From: Hemiscyllium ocellatum | Lineage: Eukaryota | Length of the DNA: 64,000 nucleotides | Direction: 5' to 3' | NCBI RefSeq assembly: GCF_020745735.1 | Contig: NC_083409.1 | Span: 24,200,048-24,264,047, forward strand | Shown: in pieces, positions 57,101 through 64,000 of the stretch | Position numbering within the stretch: the first letter of the stretch is position 1 | Layout of the letters: every line of letters starts with the position of its first letter | The notes under the pieces: generated by a model | What the model was told of the DNA's origin: nothing | Seen by the model: the letters and a program-made list of their open reading frames with translations, nothing else | Databases searched by the model: none | Translations under genes and position numbers: made by a program

Positions 57101-59120
57101 CATCTTACCTGCTCGGCTCCCCTTCCAACCAATTCTGGCCAGCTCCTTCCTCATGTCTTTGGAGTTCCCTTTACTCAACTGAAATACTGTTCAATCTGAT
57201 TGCAGCTTCTCTCTCAAACTACAGGGGGAATTCTATCGTATTATTGTCATGTATCCATTGGGATACTTTCACCTTAAACTCACTAATCAAGTTTTCCTCA
57301 TTACACATCACTGAATCCAGACCTGCCTGTTCCATAATGGCTCAACCACAAGCTGCTCCAAAATCCATCTCGTCGACATTCCGCGAAATCCTTTCCTTGA
57401 GCCGCGCTACCCAGTCCACCTATCCATTGAGGTCTGCCCTGATACTTTGTGTATGACTTTTCTGTCTCCTGATTGATTTCCTTCCCCACACCCTGGTTAC
57501 TGCTTGGAGACCTGGACATAACTTGCATCAGATTCTTTATTTATTGCAGTTCCTCAGCTCTACCCACACACATTCTACACCTTCTGACTCTCCATCACTT
57601 CTTGCCATAGATTTAATTTCATTTCTCACTAACAAGGCAACACTTGTCCCTCTGCCCATCTGCCTGTCCTTTTGATGGGACATGTATCCTTGGATTTTTA
57701 GTTCCCAGCCTGGATCCCCTGACAGCCATGTCTCTGTGATACCCATAACACCATACCTGCCAGTTTCAATCTGCACTACAATCTCATTGTGTACACTATG
57801 TGCATTTAAGTACAACACCCTCAGTCCTGCATTGACTGCCCTCCTTCCCATCATTGTCCCCTTACCTGCTGTGCTTTACGTTCGATTCCTGATCCTTTCT
57901 GTACTCACTGTCCTTTTACATCTTCTAGAAACTTGAATAACCTTTCCTGAGCCCTCCTCCACTTTAACTAGTTTAAATTCCTTAGAAACTCAATTTATCT
58001 CAATGTGTGGCATCACTTTTACTCCCTTACTCGGAATGCTTTGTGCATTGAGATACAACCTCTTTAAGTTTGTACTATTATTGATTTTCCATGCACTTCC
58101 ATGGTTCCTTTGATGTTCAAAACTTCCATCCCTTTCTTTTATTTTCTGGTCACAATCAATCCCATCACTAACCACCATTCCACCTTCTCCTTTACCTTCC
58201 ATTTTCTCATTTTCCATCCAACTGAACCAAATTACTTTCTCTTTGGGTTGAGTTCAGGCCAATATTTATCGTTGAGCCAACATCATTATTACTCTTTGAT
58301 CTCATTGCTTCTAGTGGGATCTTGCTGTGCAGAAACTGGCTGCCATGTTACTGACATTGCAACAGTGACTGCTTGTCAAACAAAACTGTCTGTAAATGCC
58401 TTTGGGAGAGCCTGAAGTGTTAAGGGCTGGATTGAAATACAATTAGAGTCAGAGAAATGGACAGCACAGAAACAGACCCTTCGGTCCAACTCGTCCATGC
58501 TGACCAGATATCCAAAATTAATCTAGTCCCATTGGCAGCATTTGGCCCATATCCCTCTAACATCTTCCAATTTACATATCCATGCATTTTAAATGGTGTA
58601 ATTGTACCAGCATTCACCACCTCCTCTGGCAGCTCATTCCATACATTTAACACCCTCTGAATGAAAATGTTGTCCCTCAGGTCCCTTTTAAATCTTTCCC
58701 CTGTCACCTTCAGCCTATGCCCTCCAGTTCTGGACTCCCCCACTCTGGAGTAAAGATCTTCTCTAGTCACCCTATCTATGCTGCTCATGATTTTATAAAC
58801 CTCTATACGGTCACCCATCAACCTGCAATGATCCAGGGAAAACAGCCCCAGCCTATTCAGCTTCTCCCTTTCACACAAACCCTCCAACCTTGGCAACATC
58901 CTTGTAAATTTTTTCTGGATCATTTTAAAGTTCACAACATTTTTCCTCCAGCAAGGAGAACTGAATTACACACAGTATTCCAAAAGTGCCCTAACCAATG
59001 TCCTGTACAGCCGCAACAGCTCCCAACTCCAATACCCAATGCACTGCCTAATAAAGGAAAGCAAACCAAATGACTTTGTCACTCCCCTACCTTCCTGCAA
59101 CTTCATCTTCAAGGAACTAT
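51170..59120 (-). mobile_element. CR1 fragments of the cluster-2 J-C intron (paralogous to 8,740-15,900), with a family-A fold-back at about 52,232-52,440
   Basis: Inverted copies of the same APE/RT/ORF1 peptides, for example LRVLYLNAHSVHNE and MVCCLPGARVK. Confidence 0.85.
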
Positions 59121-61681
59121 TCTTCATTTTATCGATGAACTGAGAGTCTTTCAGTTGTGAAAGATGCCATTCCACGGCACTATTGGATGAAGAGCAGGTA
59201 GTTCCCCCTGGTGTCCCTGGACAATATTTATCCCTCAGGCAAAATCACTCAGAATGTATTTCTCTGCTAATTATCACATGGTGTTTGAGATTTTGCTGGG
59301 CACAGTCTGTTGGAAAGATCCAGTGGGACATACTGAGTTGGGGACAGGTGGTACACAAATGCAAGTCTTTCTTTAAGGGTTGGAGTCTCCTGATCTGGAT
59401 CCTCACTCATTGTCTGCACACTCTCACCTTCCAGGAGTCATGGAGTCATTAGGAGCAGTGACCCTGTCTGACCCTAGGACACTGAGACTCTTTGCAGCCT
59501 CACCCTTGAGCTCAGCCCAATAGTGTGCAGCAAGGTTTGAAATATAATCTAGAATCTTCTACACAGACACCCAACGTGACTCTTTCATGAAGTGTGTGGA
59601 TCCGAGTCTGCTCCAATGTTCTTGGATAAAGTTCTCCTGATCTGTGGGTGATCGGAGGTTTGTCAAAGAGATATCGAGCTCCATCCCACTTTCCAGCTCT
59701 TGCTCCATAGTTCTGGAGGTTTTGCTGTTTGAAGTGAATATCCAAGTGTTTTTTTCAATATGATGAGGGTTTCTGCCTCTCCCACCCTTTCAGACAGTGA
59801 GTCCCACATCCCACCAACCTCTGGCTGAAAACAAATACCGTCAACTCCCCTATAATCCTGCCCCTAACTGATTTCAATCTCTCCCCATGGTTATTGCCCT
59901 CTGTGCTGGTGGAAATCAGTCCTTCCTACCCAGTCTGCCCAGGCCCCTCATCATTTTACACACCACCATCAAATCTCCCCTCTCTGCCTCCTCTGTTCCA
60001 ACGAAAACATTCCCAGCCAATCCAACCATTCCTTAAAGCTCAAAGTCCCCATTCCAGACAAACTCTTCCTCTGTCCTGGTCTCTCGAGAGATCACATCCT
60101 TCCTGTAATGTGGTGACCAGAACCATACACAGTTCTCTCACTGTGCTCTAACTGGAGTTTTATACAGTTCCAGAATAAACAAACTCCTTGCTTTCATAGT
60201 CAACCAAAAATGAGATAAGGGAGATGATGGTCTAATGGTGTTATTGCTGAGCTGTTAATCCAGAGATCCAGGTAATGTTCTGGAGACCAGAGTTAGAATC
60301 CTGCAGATGGTGGCATTCAAATTCAATCAAAAAAAAATCTGCAATTAAGAGACTAATAATAACCATGAAACCATCGTTGATTGTCAGGAAAAAGCATCTG
60401 ATTCCCTTATGTCATTTAGGGAAGGAAACTGCCATCCTTACCATGTGACCCCAGACCCACAGCAATGTGGGTGACTCTAAACTGCCCTTTGGGTGATTAG
60501 GGATGGGCAATAAATGCTGCCGATCCAGCAATGCCCTCATTCCATCAAGGGAAAAAGTAAAACAGTTTCTCCCATGTGTCTTCTGAACCACCTCACTGAC
60601 CTGCATTAATCACCATGGCCACATCTTCCACCTCCACACACATCTGACTTCCAGCTTCAAAATGATGAGAGACATCCCTTCATTATCTGAGAAACAGATA
60701 GAAACATCAAACACAGGAGCATCAGTAGGTCATTCGGCCCTTCAAGCCTGCTCCACCATTCAGTATGATCATGGCTGATCATCAACACAGATCCCTGTTC
60801 CTACTTTCTCCCCACATTCTTTGATCCCTTTAATCCTAAGTATATCTAATTCCTTCACAAATGCACATTGCATCTAATTCCCTTTTGCTGGAAAAATGGA
60901 TGACAATTATTGGGTTGTTATTTTTTGACCAGTATGGACACAATGGGCTGATGGGCCTTTTAGGTCCCTATGACTCTATTCTTATATATTATGAATAACT
61001 GGGTACCAAGGGCTGACCCCTGTGGCACCCTAAGTTGTAATTACCTGCCATTCAGAAAAAGACTCATTCTTTCTGTGCTGCCTGCCAACCAGTTCCCAAT
61101 CCATGTCAGTACGTGAACCCCAATCCTCTTGTTCATTTGGTCTAGATCTGGGAGTCCCACCCTTACTCATGTGGGAACATATTCTGAACAGTCTGTCTCA
61201 TCTTTCGAGGGCTCCCACTGCCCTGACACTGATTTCCCATCATGCCATTGGTTCCGATCCACTTTTACCAAAGCACCGCACAGTTTAGTAAAATGAAAAT
61301 TTTTACACTTGCTCCATGGTTCTCCATTCCCATCCCTCCTCTCAATCTCACTGAGGTTTTGATCACTGTCACTAAAATGCTCCCCCATCGATAGCCCTTC
61401 CAGATGCCCACATTCATTCCATAAATGATGGTCCAAAATTGTCCCTTCTCTCTCTGCTGCTTCACCATCACCTTCTCAGGGGCAACTAGGGACGGTAATG
61501 AATGCTGGCCCTGCCAGTGACACTCAGATCCCAAGAAGCAATTTGAACAGTGTCTGTTCTTTTGTTGGGTTTATCCTGTATTGACTAAAAATGTTCAAAA
61601 AGATTGTATTGCCAGTGAATATTGTGAGGGTTGAATTCCCTTCAAATGGCAGGAATTAAATTTGTTTCTCTTGTCTTTCAG

Positions 61682-62010
61682 CCCGTGAGAACTCTCAGCC
61701 CAAGCTGACCCTGCTGCCTCCCTCCCCGGAGCAGATCAATGCCAAGGGCACTGCCACCCTGGTGTGCCTTGCCAATCACTTCTATCCCGATGAGCTGGAG
61801 GTGCAGTGGAAGAAGGACGGTGCAGTCATTTCAGACGGGGTTCAGACCAGCAACTACCTGCGAGCTTCGGACAGCACCTACAGTGTCAGCAGCCTGCTGA
61901 CCCTCTCTGGGTCTGACTGGGAGTCCAACGCTCACTTCTCCTGTGCCCTCACCCATGTGACCCTCCCCTCTCCCCTCAGCAAGAGCATCAGTAAATCAGA
62001 ATGTGTGTAG
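61682..62010 (+). CDS. IGKC: Ig kappa-type (NS4-like) constant exon C2, apparently functional
   Basis: tctttcag| then (T)RENSQPKLTLLPPSPEQINAKGTATLVCLANHFYPDELEVQW...FSCALTHVTLPSPLSKSISKSECV*. Retains the penultimate Cys; in frame with J2. Confidence 0.97.
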
Positions 62011-62535
62011 AGAGTGTGAGACAGTCCACAGAGGAGACACAACTTTAAATAGAACAGGGCTGAGCTGGCAGGACAAAGGTCATTGTCAGCACTGAATTTC
62101 AATTCTCTTCCTTCTCAGGACTGCTCAGAGAACCTTCTGAGGTTTGGATGTAAAAGCAGGTCATTGCGACAGTGTCGACGGAGCTTTACGCTGTGTCAAA
62201 CCCCATGCTGTCCCTGTTCTGGGAGTGTTTGATGGGGACAGAGTTGACTTGTGATGCCAAGTAAAATCTCTTGAAGTTGCTGAAGACTGTCAGCTGTACA
62301 AAACAATGTGAACCTCAGAAGTCTCTGCTTCAGTAAACCAGATCTCCTTCCTGCTTAGCTGTCAGTTCCAATTTAAGGTTTTGTCACTGTTTGAAGGGAC
62401 AGGATTCTCATGTTATTGAGCAAACCTCCACAAGTGTTTTACTCAAACTCCATTGTGGCTGTGAATTTGAGCAGCCTCCTCTGTCTGGGCTGTTAATTGC
62501 AATTTTTTTTCTGTCAATGTGAATGTGGAAAAGGG

Positions 62536-62541
62536 AATAAA
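62536..62541 (+). terminator. Poly(A) signal of C2
   Basis: AATAAA about 525 nt after the stop, followed by a GT-rich element. Confidence 0.8.
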
Positions 62542-62917
62542 GATGAAGATTCAGTCTCTGTCTCTGTGTGCTTTGGAAATAGATGACCTTCCCCGCCCCC
62601 CAGTTGATTGGCTGCATTTCAGCAGGTCATTGTCAAGATTGGCTGGTTGGCCTGTCAATCAATTACAATCATCAATCATTAATCATTTTCAAATGATCCC
62701 TTTGGTCAGGAATTTATGCAGGTTACAAGATTCCAAAAAGAACAGAAACTGAAAGTTGTTAGGACTCAATAAGTACAATCTGACGCATTCCCTCTTCACT
62801 CTGTTGGTCCAGGCCCAGCTGATGGGATCGCACTGTGCAGTCTCTGCTGTATGTTGGGTAGCAACTGAAACAATCTTTGGCCAATCACTGACATTGTCAG
62901 CTGTGTCTCTCTGAGGT

Positions 62918-63152
62918 AAAAACAAGGACTGCAGATGCTGGAAACCAGATTCTAGATTAGAGTGGTGCTGGAAAAGCACAGCAGTTCAGGCAGCATCTGA
63001 GGAGCAGGAAAATCGATATTTCGGGCAAAAGCCCTTCATCAGGAATAGAGCTTTATTCTTGATGAAGGGCTTTTCCCCGAAACGTCGATTTTCCTGCTCC
63101 TCTGATGCTGCCTGAACTGCTGTGCTTTTCCAGCACCACTCTAATCTAGAAT
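62918..63152. mobile_element. Family-A fold-back mini-element (99-bp arms, 6-nt loop) with hammerhead cores
   Basis: 62949-63047 and 63054-63152 are reverse complements. The minus-strand core at 63015-63042 reads CTGATGA-A-GGGC(TTTT)GCCC-GAAAT-ATC. Confidence 0.88.
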
Positions 63153-64000
63153 GTGTGCCTCTCTGAGTGTGAGTGTTTAACTTAATGCTGCTTGGAGGGG
63201 TCTTTCTCAGTGTGGATTTGTTACTCAGAGACACCTACAGGCAGCGTTCAGTAACGCACCCATATTCGGAGACACCTGTCTACAGCATGGAGTGTGATCA
63301 TGTTCCTCAGTGCAACCTGTCTCACAGAGTGAGTGTGTTACTCTGTGCTGTCTGTAGGTATCTCTCTGATGTATGTGTCTCCGAGCGATGGATTGAGAAT
63401 GGACTTTGTGCTGGGGATTGAAGATTAGGCTTTAATCTTCTCAAATCATGAATGAAAAACAGTTCAGCTGATTCAGTCTGAGATGGCAGCTCATTCAGAT
63501 GGCCGAAGTTAAAAAATCCAACAACTCCAGGTGATAGTCAAACAGGTTTATTTGAAAGTAGAAGCGTTCAGAGCACTGCTTCTTCATCAGGTAGCTGGAG
63601 GGGCAGGATCATTGGACACAGAATTTATTGTAAATTGAGATGGCAGCTGAGAAAGGTGAATACTGAGAGTGTATTCTCAGTAAGGGAGGGATTTCAGAGG
63701 CAGTGGTCACTGTGCTCCCTAATGCAGAAATGTCGATTTTCCTGCTCCTCAGATGCTGCCTGACCTGCTGTGCTTTTCCAGCACGACTCTAATCTAGACT
63801 GTGCTCCCTAATGTTTTGCCCAATTACAAGGGGACTTTCTGAATCCAGGGTCAATCGTGGCTGCCTGCCCAGCCAATGCTGGCTCCCCATAGTCATATTT
63901 CAGTGGTTAATTAACCCAAAACAAGGTGCAGCAATATTACCTTCCAGGCAGGGGAGCTGTCTGAGGGAGGGAGGTTGAATTCTTGCAGCCCCAAGAGAGG

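Larger units (their letters stand above)
42535..64000 (+). repeat. Right arm of the inverted segmental duplication (continues past the window end)
   Basis: See the left-arm anchors; homology persists to base 64,000. Confidence 0.92.

Noticed and set aside
62376-62391. GGTTTTGT-CACTGTT in the C 3'UTR as a Kde-like RSS (also at about 2,133 and 7,447)
   Set aside because: The nonamer-like and heptamer-like words abut with no spacer, and both are imperfect.

Overview
This is eukaryotic, repeat-dense vertebrate DNA, almost certainly from a shark and probably a carpet shark; that assignment is inferred from resemblance to nurse-shark NS4 light chains and to HE1/V-SINE and CR1 repeats. The window holds two complete, unrearranged immunoglobulin kappa-type (type III/NS4-like) light-chain clusters, each L-V-12RSS..23RSS-J..C. 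They lie head-to-head as the arms of a large inverted duplication (about 4,980-31,470 versus about 42,535-64,000). An orphan C 3'UTR from a third cluster lies tail-to-tail at 1.9-2.3 kb. The plus-strand cluster (49,055-62,010) looks fully functional. The minus-strand cluster (7,830-17,849) keeps every ORF open but has lesions in its signals: V heptamer TACAGTG, J splice donor GC, and loss of the C-terminal interchain Cys. Arm-to-arm comparison exposes candidate B-cell regulatory modules (an ETS-IRF/E-box/RUNX block about 5.5 kb upstream of each V, and a J-proximal block with lone RAG heptamers), gene-conversion-like patches and dated insertions. The rest is CR1/L2-type LINE debris, V-SINEs, microsatellites and Penelope-derived mini-elements. 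Many of those mini-elements are fold-back dimers carrying minimal hammerhead-ribozyme cores with covarying stems. Most short ORFs in the supplied track are TE debris or chance. Repeat boundaries and identity values are hand estimates.
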